Positions 54,285-64,000 of a DNA stretch of 64,000 bases are shown one piece after another. The notes beneath the pieces are model-generated. The model made no database searches. It had not been told where the DNA came from and worked only from the letters and a program-made list of their open reading frames with translations. The DNA comes from Polyangiaceae bacterium. GTDB lineage: Bacteria > Myxococcota_A > Polyangia > Polyangiales > Polyangiaceae. A program made the translations under genes and the position numbers. Location: NCBI GenBank assembly GCA_044222475.1, contig JBGANF010000020.1, positions 18,658-82,657 of the forward strand. Reading direction: 5' to 3'. How positions within the stretch are numbered: position 1 is the stretch's first letter; every line of letters starts with the position of its first letter.

Positions 54285-57047
54285 GTGGTGACGTCCCTTC
54301 CCATCCCGAGCGGCGCCGACTCGAGCGAGTCGACGATCGACGAGTCGAGCGAGGCCGTCGACCTCTCCCAGCCCCGTGTGGCTGGCTACGACTTGGTTCG
54401 TGAGATCGGGCGCGGCGGCATGGGCGTCGTGTGGGAGGCGGTCGAGCACCGGCTCGACCGCGCGGTCGCCCTCAAGGTGGGCGCCGTCTCCGCCTCGGAC
54501 GAGGAGAGCGCTTCGATCTGGGCCGAAGCCCGCTTGGCCGCGCGCGTCTCCGATCCGGGCATCGTGCCGGTGCACGACGTCGGTCACACGCTCGACGGTC
54601 AGCCCTACTACACGATGGACCTCGTCTCGGGGACCGACCTCGGCGTGGTGCTGAAGGACGGGGCGCTCACCGAGGCGCGCGCGATCCGCGTCGCCGCCGA
54701 GATCGCCCGCGCCGTCGCCGCTGCCCACGAGGCGGGGATCATCCACCGCGATTTGAAATCCCGGAACGTGATGATCGATCGCGAAGGCCGCGCGCGCGTC
54801 CTCGACTTCGGGCTCGCGCTGCGCATCCGACGCGACGCGGGCGAGGCGTCGTCGTCCTTCGCCGGCTCACCGCCGTACATGGCGCCGGAGCAGATCGCGA
54901 GCGAGCCGCTCGGGCCGCCGACCGACGTGCACGCCATCGGAGTGCTCCTCTACGAGATGCTCACCGGCCGCCGGCCGTACGCCGGTGAGAACCAAGCCGC
55001 GATCCTGTACCAGATCCTCCAGACCAAGCCGGAGCCTCCGTCGAAGTGGGCCACCGTCCACCCCGAGGTCGAGCGCGTGTGCCTGCGCTGCCTCGAGAAG
55101 GATCCGAAGAAGCGCTACCCGACGGCGCGACCTCTCGCCGACGCGCTGTCCGCGATCATCGACGGCAAACCGCTGCCCGAAAACCCGACCTCGTCGCGCC
55201 GTGCCCCATACCGACCCAACGTGTCGCCGCCCGCGACGAAGCGCCCGTCGATCGACGAAGCGAAGAAGGTCTTCGAGTGGAAGTGGTCGCTGCGGTCGTC
55301 GCCGGCCGCGCTGTGGCCGTTCGTCTCCGACACGGATCGCTTCAACGAGAACGCGGGCCTCGGCCCGGTCGAGGTCGACGAGTCACGCGAGTCGCCGGAG
55401 ACCGTCGCGCGGACGGGGCACGCCACCGCATCCGGCTTCGCGCTGACGTGGCGCGAGTACCCGTTCGAGTGGGTGCGCGAGCGCGAGCACTCGGTCTTCC
55501 GCTGGTACTCCGAGGGGCCGTTGAGCGCCCTCTGGAATCGGGTGACCCTCACCGCGCGCGACGACGGCGGCACCGATCTCACGCACCAGATCGCGGTCGT
55601 GCCGCGCGGCGTGCTCGGTCGCGTCGCCGTCGTCGTCGAGCTCGGCCAGCGCTTGCGGCGCGCGATCGACAAAGTGTATCGAAGCCTCGACGAGTCGCTC
55701 GCGGCCGGGCGCGACCCCTGGGCGATCGCCCACACACCGACCGAAGAGCAGCGGTCGCGCGTGCACGCCGGCGCCGTCGTGCTCGCCCAGCGCGGCTTCG
55801 CCGAGCCGGCGGTGACCGCGCTCGCGAACGCGCTGCTCTCGTGGCCGACCCGAAGCCTCGTGCGGATGCGACCCATCGAGATCGCTCGCGCGTGGCGCGT
55901 CCGCAGCGAGCTCGCGCTCGACCTCATGATCCACGCCGCCGAGGTCGGCCTTCTCGATCTCGGTTGGGATCTCATCTGCCCGACCTGCATGATCGCTCAC
56001 GAGACGACCACGTCGCTCGGCGCCGTGAAGCACTCGGGGCACTGCAAGTCGTGCGAGGTCGACTACGAACGCGACTTGAACGTCAGCGTCGAGCTCGTCT
56101 TCCACCCGCACCCCGAGGTGCGCGTCACGAAGCCGCAGATGTACTGCGCGGGATCGCCGGCGCGGAAGCCGCACGTCATCGCGCAGGTCGTCCTCGAGCC
56201 GGGGGCGGATCGCACCATCGTCGTCCCGCTCTCGAGCGGCGAGTACGTCGTCTCGTGCGCGGGCTTTACCGCTGCGGTCGACCTCGCTGCGAGCCCGGCG
56301 GGCTATCAAGCCGACGCCGAGATCGTCGCGTCGGCGAGCGGCGTGCAGACCACGCCGCGGGTGGTGCGCGCGGGCGACGTCAGCCTTCGCGTCGTCAACG
56401 ACACCGCGGTGGAGCGAATCGTCCGCGTCGAGACGCGGGCCGCCCGCAGCGACTCGGTTCCCGCGACTCGCGCTCTCACCCACCCCGTGTTTCGGAAGTA
56501 TTTCTCGCGCGAGCTCTTCGCCCACGGAGAGCTCTTCGCGGTGAGTCACCTTGCGTTCATCGCCGTCGACGTCAGCGAAGGCGGCGCGCTCTTCGCCGAC
56601 CGTGGTGACACCGAAGCGTGCACCCTCGTCCGCGGGGTCGAGTCCGCGTTCGAGTCGGCGGTCAAGGCCGAGCAGGGCACCGAGCTCCCCGGTCCGCTCG
56701 GATCGTTCGTCGCCGCGTTTTCGTCGCCCCTTCGGGCGGTGCGCGCGGCGTTGAAGCTCCGCGACGCCGCTGGCGACGCTCCGGTGCGCGTGGGGATCCA
56801 CGGCGGACAGTGCCTCGCCCTCACGCGCGACGAGCGCATCGAGTACTTCGGCGAGACGCTCCACCGCGCGGTGTGGCTCGGTCAGGCGGCGCAGGCGGGC
56901 GAGATCGTCCTCTCGCAGGGCGTCGCCGACGACGCCGACGTCGCGCGCGCGCTGGCATCCGACGGAGCCGAAGCTCGCGTCACGAAGGCCACCGCCGGGC
57001 CGTACGCGGGCCGGCGCGTCGTGACGCTCGCCCGCGGCGCAGCCTGA
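54285..57047 (+). CDS. Ser/Thr kinase, SRPBCC, DUF5939-like and degenerate class III nucleotide cyclase fusion
   Basis: GRGGMG, HRDLKSRN, DFG; LWPFVSDTDRFN...WREYPFEW; WDLICPTC/HCKSC; RVGIHGG...YFGET. Confidence 0.85.
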   Translation: MVTSLPIPSGADSSESTIDESSEAVDLSQPRVAGYDLVREIGRGGMGVVWEAVEHRLDRAVALKVGAVSASDEESASIWAEARLAARVSDPGIVPVHDVGHTLDGQPYYTMDLVSGTDLGVVLKDGALTEARAIRVAAEIARAVAAAHEAGIIHRDLKSRNVMIDREGRARVLDFGLALRIRRDAGEASSSFAGSPPYMAPEQIASEPLGPPTDVHAIGVLLYEMLTGRRPYAGENQAAILYQILQTKPEPPSKWATVHPEVERVCLRCLEKDPKKRYPTARPLADALSAIIDGKPLPENPTSSRRAPYRPNVSPPATKRPSIDEAKKVFEWKWSLRSSPAALWPFVSDTDRFNENAGLGPVEVDESRESPETVARTGHATASGFALTWREYPFEWVREREHSVFRWYSEGPLSALWNRVTLTARDDGGTDLTHQIAVVPRGVLGRVAVVVELGQRLRRAIDKVYRSLDESLAAGRDPWAIAHTPTEEQRSRVHAGAVVLAQRGFAEPAVTALANALLSWPTRSLVRMRPIEIARAWRVRSELALDLMIHAAEVGLLDLGWDLICPTCMIAHETTTSLGAVKHSGHCKSCEVDYERDLNVSVELVFHPHPEVRVTKPQMYCAGSPARKPHVIAQVVLEPGADRTIVVPLSSGEYVVSCAGFTAAVDLAASPAGYQADAEIVASASGVQTTPRVVRAGDVSLRVVNDTAVERIVRVETRAARSDSVPATRALTHPVFRKYFSRELFAHGELFAVSHLAFIAVDVSEGGALFADRGDTEACTLVRGVESAFESAVKAEQGTELPGPLGSFVAAFSSPLRAVRAALKLRDAAGDAPVRVGIHGGQCLALTRDERIEYFGETLHRAVWLGQAAQAGEIVLSQGVADDADVARALASDGAEARVTKATAGPYAGRRVVTLARGAA

Positions 57048-57059
57048 TACTGCGCGGGG

Positions 57060-57830
57060 TCACTTCGCGATGCGTCGAACGACCATCCGCGCGAGCCCGG
57101 TGAAGCCGCTCAGGCGTCGCGCGATCGCGTCGTCCAGCTTCGTCGTGTAGTGGACGCCGTCCCCGTGGACCGCCTTCCACACGATCGGCGCGACGTCTTC
57201 GGCCTTGGTCTTCACGCCGAACGTGCCCATCGAGCGCGGCTTGTGGGTCTCGTTCTGGACCATGGGCGTGTCGACGTAGCCCGGCATCACGTCGCAAACG
57301 CGAATGCCCTTCGGACCGAGCTCGACGTCGAGCGCCTCGGTGAGCCCGCGGACGAAGAATTTGGTTGCAGAATACACGGCCATCTCCGGCTGGCCGTAGA
57401 TCGCCGACGCGCTCGACATGGTCACGATCACCGGTTTGCCCGTGCCCACGCTCGCCTCGAGCAGCGGGAGCGCGGCGTACACGCCGTTGACCACCCCGTT
57501 CACGTTGATGCCGATCTGGCGATCGGCTTCCTCGGCGGTGCAGGCGGTGAACGGCGCGAACTTGAGGACGCCGGCGCACCCGAAGAGCACATCCATGCGT
57601 CCGCCGGTTCGCTCGCCGAAGGCCGCGATCGCGGAACGCCAGTCGTCGCGGTTTCGAACGTCGAGCTTGCCGGCCACTGCGACGCCCGGTCCCAGCTCCG
57701 CGGCGAGCTCCCGCACTCCGGCTTCGTTGACGTCGAAGAGCCCGACGAACCACCCGCGCGACGCGAACAGCTTCGCCGTTGCCTTGCCGATGCCGGACGC
57801 CGCGCCGGTGATGAAGATCGACTGCTGCAT
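57060..57830 (-). CDS. SDR family oxidoreductase
   Basis: TGAASGIG and YSATK. Confidence 0.93.
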   Translation of the reverse strand: MQQSIFITGAASGIGKATAKLFASRGWFVGLFDVNEAGVRELAAELGPGVAVAGKLDVRNRDDWRSAIAAFGERTGGRMDVLFGCAGVLKFAPFTACTAEEADRQIGINVNGVVNGVYAALPLLEASVGTGKPVIVTMSSASAIYGQPEMAVYSATKFFVRGLTEALDVELGPKGIRVCDVMPGYVDTPMVQNETHKPRSMGTFGVKTKAEDVAPIVWKAVHGDGVHYTTKLDDAIARRLSGFTGLARMVVRRIAK

Positions 57831-57887
57831 GGGACGACCGATTACCAAAGCTCCCGCCTGCCGGCTACACGGTGCTACCGTTTCCGG

Positions 57888-58505
57888 ATGCTGCGCCCGT
57901 TTCACCTCTTCGTCGCCGCTGCTGCCGCCTTGGCGTTCGCGTGTGCCCCGCAATCGAACGCAGACTGCAGCTCGACCCAGACCGGCAGCGCGTGCACCAA
58001 GGACTCGGACTGCTGCAGCGGGTACTGCAAGGACTACCCCGACGTTCCGGGCGCGTTCTGCCAGGCGAAGGTCACCAATCCCCCCAAGGAGACCGCCGGC
58101 ACCTACTGCACGCAGGACTCTCACTGCGAGAGCGGGCTCTGCAACGGCAACCTCTGCTTCGGTACGCCGCCGCAACCAGGTACGTGCGACGAGGTCGGGT
58201 CCCAGTGCGTCACCGACACGGCCTGCTGCAGCGGGACGTGCACGACGGGGGCGAACGGCACGCGACGGTGCGCGTACCCGAACTCGCCGTTCGACGCGGG
58301 GATCAACTGCGGCGCCGCGAACGCGTCGTGCGTGCTCCAGTCGGATTGTTGCAGCGGCTACTGCGGGTTCGGCAAGTGCGGGGCGAAGCCCACCGGTGGA
58401 GGCGGCGGAAACTGCGCCAAAGCCGGCGCGTACTGCAAGTCGGGCATCGACTGCTGCAGCGGTCAGTGCAGCAAGCTCGGCAGCGGCTCGACGCAGTGTC
58501 GCTGA
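57888..58505 (+). CDS. Lipoprotein made of cystine-knot-like repeats
   Basis: AFAC lipobox, four C-C-CC-C-C modules and one degenerate module. Confidence 0.75.
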   Translation: MLRPFHLFVAAAAALAFACAPQSNADCSSTQTGSACTKDSDCCSGYCKDYPDVPGAFCQAKVTNPPKETAGTYCTQDSHCESGLCNGNLCFGTPPQPGTCDEVGSQCVTDTACCSGTCTTGANGTRRCAYPNSPFDAGINCGAANASCVLQSDCCSGYCGFGKCGAKPTGGGGGNCAKAGAYCKSGIDCCSGQCSKLGSGSTQCR

Positions 58506-58607
58506 GGCTCGGGCAGCGACTCGCTCGGGAACGCAAGCATTGCCGGTTCGACGCCGCGAATGCGCGGCGCTCGTCCTAGTCGTTCGCGATGTGTCGGGGC
58601 GCGCGGC

Positions 58608-58623
58608 TGGCACGGAGCGTGCT
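58608..58623 (+). promoter_or_regulatory. Sigma54 -24/-12 promoter candidate
   Basis: TGGCACGGAGCGTGCT (GG-N10-GC) upstream of a GGAGG RBS and ATG 58656. Confidence 0.55.
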
Positions 58624-58655
58624 CCCACGACGCACGACACCAAACGGAGGGGCCA

Positions 58656-59153
58656 ATGTGGAAAGTGATTGCGTCGAGTGTGGTCGGCGGGGCGCTCGTG
58701 CTCGTGTGCGTCGGCTATGGCTGTGGGAGTGATGCGACGGGGGGCTTCTCGTGCGAAGGGAACCCCAAGTGCACCGGGGATCCTGCGCCGACCGAGGCGT
58801 CGCGCGCGCTGTGCCGGGCCGCGCTCGCGGGGGCCTGCGGCACGAAATACCGAGCGCTCGGTGAGTGCGGCGTCGCGAAGGGCACATGTACTGGTGGCGG
58901 GACCTCCGGAACGACGGACCTCACCAACTGCGCCGCCGAGCAGAAGGGGTTCACCGACTGCCTGGCCGCGAACACCGACGCAGGGCTCGACGGCGCGATC
59001 GACTCGGGCGGCAACGACGGGGCCGTGAAGGACGCGTCGTCGCCGGACGCAGCCGATGCGAGCTGCAAGGCGAATCTCCAGCCCTGCGCGTCGCCCGCCG
59101 AGTGCTGCTCCAACTTCTGCAACGACCAAGGCGTGTGCATGGGCGGCAACTGA
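58656..59153 (+). CDS. Cys-rich lipoprotein with C-terminal knottin-like module
   Basis: GYGC lipobox-like signal and CKANLQPCASPAECCSNFCNDQGVC. Confidence 0.7.
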   Translation: MWKVIASSVVGGALVLVCVGYGCGSDATGGFSCEGNPKCTGDPAPTEASRALCRAALAGACGTKYRALGECGVAKGTCTGGGTSGTTDLTNCAAEQKGFTDCLAANTDAGLDGAIDSGGNDGAVKDASSPDAADASCKANLQPCASPAECCSNFCNDQGVCMGGN

Positions 59154-59156
59154 CGC

Positions 59157-60445
59157 TCAGGGCGTCGCGCCAGCGGAGGCAGCGGCGGCCCGGTGCCACC
59201 GCGGGATCAACGCGAGCGGCGCGAGCGAGACGACCGCGGCGATCGCGAGGACGACACCCTTGCCGGCGTGATCGGCGAGGAAGCCTCCGCTCGTGCCGCC
59301 GATGCCGATCGCGAGCGAGTTCATGCTCGTGAGAAGGGTGTAGTGGAGCGCCGCGTCTGCCTTCCGCGTCGCCGACATGAGGGCGGCGAAGAGTACGGTG
59401 GTTCCGAGCCCGCTCACGAAGTGCTCGGCGACGATCGCCACCGACGTGAGCGCGTGCGGTAGCCCCGAGAGGTACGCGACGAGCAGAGGAACGCACACGA
59501 CTGCGTGGAGCACGCCGCCGACCGCGAGCGCGCGACCCTCGCGCATCGCGCGGTGGACGACGCCTCCGGTAGCCGCACCCGCGAGCGCTCCGGTGATGCC
59601 GAACGTGACTGCGACGAGGCCGATCGACTTGTCGCTCCACTTGGCGTCGACGAGCATCGGCTTGATGAGCACGGCGGCCATGTGGATCCCGAGCTTGTAG
59701 GTGAGTGCCAGCGCGGCGATCGGCCAAACGTCCTTCGCGACGAGGTGCTTCGCGAACTGGCGCAGCGACGCGCGGCCCCGATCATCCTCGGACCGCGGCG
59801 CGGCATCGCCGTGGTGCTCGTCGCGCAGCACGAACGCTCCGACGCTGGCGATGAGGACCAGCCCGGCGCACGCGAAGATCGCGCCGCGGATCCCCAGGTC
59901 GGCCGCGAGCAACAAGAGCCCGGCGCCGCCGGCGAGGATTCCTACGCGGTACCCGGCGACCTGAGCCGTGTTGCCGAGGCCGCGATCCTTATTCCTACGC
60001 GGTACCCGGCGACCTGAGCCGTGTTGCCGAGGCCGCGATCCTTCTCGGCGAGCGAGCGCACGGCGAGCGCGTCGACGAAGATGTCTTGGGTCGACGCGAA
60101 GAGCGCGGCGACCGGCGTGAGCGCGAACCACAGCCAAGGAGCGTCCTTCAGGCTCCGCAGCGCGTAGAGCGCGAGCGTGACCGCGAGGAGGACCTGCAGC
60201 GCGAGCAGGATGCCGCGGCTCCTGCGCCGCACGCTCGTCGCGTCCGCGATCGGCGACCAGAGGATCTTCAGCTGCCACGGGAGCTGGAGCCAGCCGATCG
60301 CCGCGATGAAGCCGAGCGAGTAGCCGGCCTTGCGGAGGACGACCGGCAGGTATTCGCTGGCGAAGCCGTAGGGCACGCCTTGGGCGGTGTAGAGGAGTGC
60401 GAGCGCGACGAGCGTCGGAGCCGAGGCTCGCGCGGCGGCTTTCAC
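59157..60445 (-). pseudogene. AmpG/RhtX-like MFS permease, frameshifted
   Basis: LYTAQGVPYG, LPWQLKILWSP, ASTQDIFVDA in the 5' part. The 3' part is in another frame after a 53-bp duplication. Confidence 0.8.
59938..60043. repeat. Perfect 53-bp tandem duplication
   Basis: 59938-59990 is identical to 59991-60043. Confidence 0.95.
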
Positions 60446-61317
60446 AACGCTTCGACGACGACCTGGGTGCGGTCGGCAGCGCGCTCCGCGGCGTCGACCG
60501 AGGTGAGGTCGTCGGCGGTGGCGAGGTCGCCCTTGCGGAGGCCGACCGTCGCGAGCAGGAGGCGCGAGGGCTCGAAGCCGAGGTCGTCGGCGTGGACGAA
60601 CAGCTTCCCGAGGTGTTCCGCGTACGCGCGCGCGAGGGTGGGGAAGGGGATGTTGTCGAAGAGCTTCGCGCGACGGCGGCTCGCGTACGCCGACGCCATC
60701 AGGCTCGCGGTGAGCAGGTGGTACAGGCGGCGGAGGCGCGGCTTCGCGCTCGCGTCGGTGCGCTCGAGGATGCGGCGGAGGAAGTGCACGTTGAGCGGGA
60801 CGTGGAACGACTCGTCGCGGGTGAGGATGGTGAGCATCTGCTTCACCGTCGGGTGCGGCTTCGCGGTGCGGAGCGCGAGCCGGTAGGTCGTCGCGCCGAT
60901 CGTCTCGAACATGAGGTTCGTGAGGACGATCGACTCGTGGCGCTTCGCGCGCGCGTAGAGCTTGTAGAACGTGCGCGTCGTGGGGCCCATCGGGCGCACG
61001 TCACCGCCGAGCCACTTCAAGAACGAGGTCAAGAGCTCGCGGTGCCAGCCCTCCTCGTCACCATAGAGGCGGAGCGTCTCGGCCAGCTCGGGATCCCAGG
61101 TCTCGACCTCGCCGGCGATCTCGTGCGCTTGGCGGAGCCCCGACTCCTCGGCGCGGAACGCCGCGTTGAAGAACGCGATGGCGGCATTCTTCTCGTCCTC
61201 GTTGGCCCACTCGATGGGGCGCGAGAGGTCGAGCTTTTCGTCGTACATCCTCTCGCGACGCTGCTTGAGGAGCCTGAGCCAGAAGGAAGTCGGACGGTCG
61301 ACGGTACGGGTGCCCAC
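60442..61317 (-). CDS. Ferritin-like di-iron domain protein
   Basis: AEESG, DEEGWH, MFE, RDESFH (paired ExxH motifs). Confidence 0.75.
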   Translation of the reverse strand: MGTRTVDRPTSFWLRLLKQRRERMYDEKLDLSRPIEWANEDEKNAAIAFFNAAFRAEESGLRQAHEIAGEVETWDPELAETLRLYGDEEGWHRELLTSFLKWLGGDVRPMGPTTRTFYKLYARAKRHESIVLTNLMFETIGATTYRLALRTAKPHPTVKQMLTILTRDESFHVPLNVHFLRRILERTDASAKPRLRRLYHLLTASLMASAYASRRRAKLFDNIPFPTLARAYAEHLGKLFVHADDLGFEPSRLLLATVGLRKGDLATADDLTSVDAAERAADRTQVVVEAL

Positions 61318-61406
61318 GGAGCGGTCTCCTACACTACTTCCCGGCTGGAAACAGCAAGTAGCACGACTTCGTTGCGAACGCAGCCCGCTTTGCCGGTGCG
61401 CAAAGG

Positions 61407-62141
61407 TTGCGCTATCCCCACCCCGTGCTTCTCGTCCTTCGCACCGGTGACGCGATCCCCGACGTGGCTGCCCATCGCGGGGAGTTCTTTCGCTGGATCC
61501 AGGAGGGGATTGGCGACGCGTGGGACGGGGCGTGGGAAGAACACGACGCGCGCGTCGCCGAGCCGCTCCCGATCTCGGGCGCGCGGCTCGGCATCGTGGT
61601 GACGGGCTCGTCGCACTCGGTCACCGAACGCGCGCCGTGGATGCTGCGCGCGGAGGCGTGGCTTCGGGAGGCCGTGGGCTCCGGCGTTCCGGTCTTCGGG
61701 ATCTGCTTTGGCCATCAGCTCCTCGCTCAAGCGCTCGGCGGGCACGTCGTCAAGAACCCGCGCGGCCGGGAGATCGGGACGGTGGAGATCGAGACCCTGC
61801 GCGCCGCAGGAGACGACCCGGTCTTCCAGGGGCTGCCGTCGAGGTTCGAGGTCAACGCGACTCACGTCGACACCGTCGAGCGGCTCCCCGCGGGGGCCAC
61901 GCTCCTCTCGCGCACCCCCCTCGAGCCGCACGCGGCCTTCCGCCTGGGCTCCGCGTGGGGGGTGCAGTTCCACCCCGAGATCGACGGCGACGTGATGCGT
62001 CGCTACATCCACGCGCGCCGCGCGATCTTGGCCGAGGAGTCGATCGACTGGGAGCGCCTCCACGGCGGGGCCAAGGACGCACCCTACGCGGTGGCGCTGA
62101 TGAGGAACTTCGTCAGTCGCGTGGTGCGCTCGCCTCGCTGA
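61407..62141 (+). CDS. Class I glutamine amidotransferase
   Basis: VTGS, GICFGHQ, GVQFHPE. The start is uncertain. Confidence 0.9.
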   Translation: MRYPHPVLLVLRTGDAIPDVAAHRGEFFRWIQEGIGDAWDGAWEEHDARVAEPLPISGARLGIVVTGSSHSVTERAPWMLRAEAWLREAVGSGVPVFGICFGHQLLAQALGGHVVKNPRGREIGTVEIETLRAAGDDPVFQGLPSRFEVNATHVDTVERLPAGATLLSRTPLEPHAAFRLGSAWGVQFHPEIDGDVMRRYIHARRAILAEESIDWERLHGGAKDAPYAVALMRNFVSRVVRSPR

Positions 62142-62946
62142 CGTCGCGGTGGCTCGTCACGTAGTCCAGCGCCTCGGCCATGAGGTCGTTGATATTTGCA
62201 GAATACAAGTGTGCCGTCTTCGGCATGACGAGGAGCTTGGCCGGGTAGCCGGCGGCGACCAGCGCGTCGACGGTCTTCTGCTCGCCGGGGAGCTCGGTGC
62301 CCCACTCGCCGGCGATCATGACCATCGACTGGACCTTGGACGCGCGGAGGTGGGCGAGCGTCGCGGTGACGTCCGCCTCGATCAGGACGAGGTACGGCCA
62401 GCGCCCCGGGTGCATCCGCACGAGCTCGATCGCCGCCCAGCCTCCGCGCGAGAAGCCGGTGAGCACCGCGCCGTCGCGGGTGAACCCGCCGTCGGTCTTC
62501 TTCGCGGCGAGCGAGATCGCGCGCTCCAGGTCCTGATCCATCAGCGTGAACGACTCGTCCCACATGGCGGGTCCGATCGGCGACGTGCAGTGCTCGTTGC
62601 CCGTTGGGCAGACGACGAAGCCGCGCGCCGCGCCGGCGTCGAGCCACTGGCCGCACGAGTAGACCGGCGGTGCGCACTGTCCGTGCAGGTGCGCGATGAG
62701 CCGGGTCTCGTCCTTGCGCCACGGGACCGCCCACCATACCGGGCGGCCTTCGAGCATCACGGCTTCGTAAGGACCGACCGCGTCGCGGAGATCGACGTCG
62801 GGACCGGCGTCGGGCCCGGCGTCGTCGAAGCTCGAGTCGACGCTGGCTCCCAGCTCGGGCGCCAGTGTGCGCGTCTCGTGAACGGTCGGGTCGCGGGCCG
62901 AGTGACACGCCACGAGGGCGACCGCAGCCGCGGCGAGCCGGTTCAC
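62113..62946 (-). CDS. Lipoprotein, alpha/beta hydrolase-like
   Basis: LVAC lipobox, AHLHG, GFSRGG, late His (TAH). Confidence 0.65.
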   Translation of the reverse strand: MNRLAAAAVALVACHSARDPTVHETRTLAPELGASVDSSFDDAGPDAGPDVDLRDAVGPYEAVMLEGRPVWWAVPWRKDETRLIAHLHGQCAPPVYSCGQWLDAGAARGFVVCPTGNEHCTSPIGPAMWDESFTLMDQDLERAISLAAKKTDGGFTRDGAVLTGFSRGGWAAIELVRMHPGRWPYLVLIEADVTATLAHLRASKVQSMVMIAGEWGTELPGEQKTVDALVAAGYPAKLLVMPKTAHLYSANINDLMAEALDYVTSHRDVSEASAPRD

Positions 62947-63806
62947 TGGGCCAGGCAGACCACGTTGTCGAAGTGGGCCGTCTCCGCCGTGTCGATCGTG
63001 CCGAGCTGGAGCGCGCCGACTTGGCAGCTCGTGGCTTTGACGTTCGCCGGCCAGACGATGGTGTTCGCGACGAGCGCCTTGCCGTCGACGAAGAGTTGGT
63101 AGGTAGAGGCGCCCTTGTCGAGGACGAGTCGGACGCGATGCCACACGCCGGCGGTGACGGCGCTGGGGATCGGGAGGATCGTGGGACCCGGCGCGAAGAC
63201 ACGGATCTCCCAGGCGGGTCCCTCCTGTGCGAGGGCGAGCCGGATGTCCGAGACCGAAGACGTCGACAGGACGTTGACCGAAGCGAACTCGATGACCTGC
63301 CCCGCGCCGCCGTTGGCCGTCGGCGGAAGGAAGCCGAACTCGACGCTCACCAACGAAGACGTCACGGGCGGTGTCGTCGAAAGGAGAGCCACCGGCGGCT
63401 CGCCACCATCGGCAATCGGGACCGCCACGACGAGCTGATTCGGGGGCGACGTGGCGACGCCGCCGCCATCGGCGACACCCGAGTCGGGCGCCTGGCCGAC
63501 CGCGAAGGTCGCTCCGCCGCCCAGACCCGACGACCAGTTCTTCAAGGCAGACGCCGCGTCGACCGTGTCGAAGTCGGCACACGCCCAAGCCGACGACGCA
63601 TTGAGGTCGCACCAGCTCGGCGTGCCGGAGTCCCCCGGCCTGTCGTCCTTCGCGTCGTTCACGACGTCGACGGTAACGTCTCCGCCCTCGGGTCCCGAGT
63701 CGGCCGTCGCGAAGTTGTCGCTGCTGCACGCCTCGAGCGCGAGCGCGACCGCGCCCAGCGCGAGCGGAGCGATCGCGGCGATGGCGAAGACGCCCGCCCG
63801 CTTCAT
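62943..63806 (-). CDS. Hypothetical lipoprotein, ConA/LamG-like beta-sandwich
   Basis: LEAC lipobox, CADFD, GVWHRVRL, LFVDG, HFDNV. Confidence 0.6.
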   Translation of the reverse strand: MKRAGVFAIAAIAPLALGAVALALEACSSDNFATADSGPEGGDVTVDVVNDAKDDRPGDSGTPSWCDLNASSAWACADFDTVDAASALKNWSSGLGGGATFAVGQAPDSGVADGGGVATSPPNQLVVAVPIADGGEPPVALLSTTPPVTSSLVSVEFGFLPPTANGGAGQVIEFASVNVLSTSSVSDIRLALAQEGPAWEIRVFAPGPTILPIPSAVTAGVWHRVRLVLDKGASTYQLFVDGKALVANTIVWPANVKATSCQVGALQLGTIDTAETAHFDNVVCLAQ

Positions 63807-64000
63807 CGCGCGCCCCCGAGCAGCCCGCCGCGAAGGAACGCGAACATCTCCTCGACGATCGTCTCCTCGTCGTCGTCCCACGCGCGTACCACCACCTGCG
63901 TCATGATCTCCTTCAAGGCACCCATGATGAACGTAGCTTGCATCCGCGCGTTGCCGTGGGCCACCATTCCGAGGTCCTGGCCCTCGGTGAGCGCCTCTTC
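63803..64000 (-). CDS. 3' end of probable TetR-family regulator (truncated by window)
   Basis: Minus-strand translation EEALTEGQDLGMV...FIMGALKE...MFAFLRGGL resembles a TetR C-terminal domain. Confidence 0.5.
   Translation of the reverse strand, partial: EEALTEGQDLGMVAHGNARMQATFIMGALKEIMTQVVVRAWDDDEETIVEEMFAFLRGGLLGGAR

Overview
This is a high-GC, gene-dense chromosomal window that looks myxobacterial (Polyangia/Labilithrix-like). The supporting signs are a MYXO-CTERM protein, four Hanks-type Ser/Thr kinases, many Cys-rich lipoproteins and sigma54-type promoters. About 59 CDS are called by motif reading only, with no database search. The top candidate for an undescribed system is a compact ubiquitin-like operon at 504-2104: a JAB/JAMM metalloprotease, a small PQQ-type beta-propeller, a 75-aa Ubl candidate ending ...RPKVPFG, and a ThiF/E1 adenylating enzyme. 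It has no E2 and no sulfur-pathway enzyme. Other notable items are an HEPN-like/kinase/TM/WD40 fusion, a TerB-PPP phosphatase next to a kinase, a kinase/SRPBCC/DUF5939/pseudo-cyclase fusion, a clan-CD-like His/Cys lipoprotein and knottin-like repeat lipoproteins. There is also a nested REP/REPIN-like element, a dispersed 28-bp intergenic repeat, and a 53-bp tandem duplication that frameshifts an MFS permease. No rRNA, tRNA, CRISPR array, transposase or phage gene was recognised.
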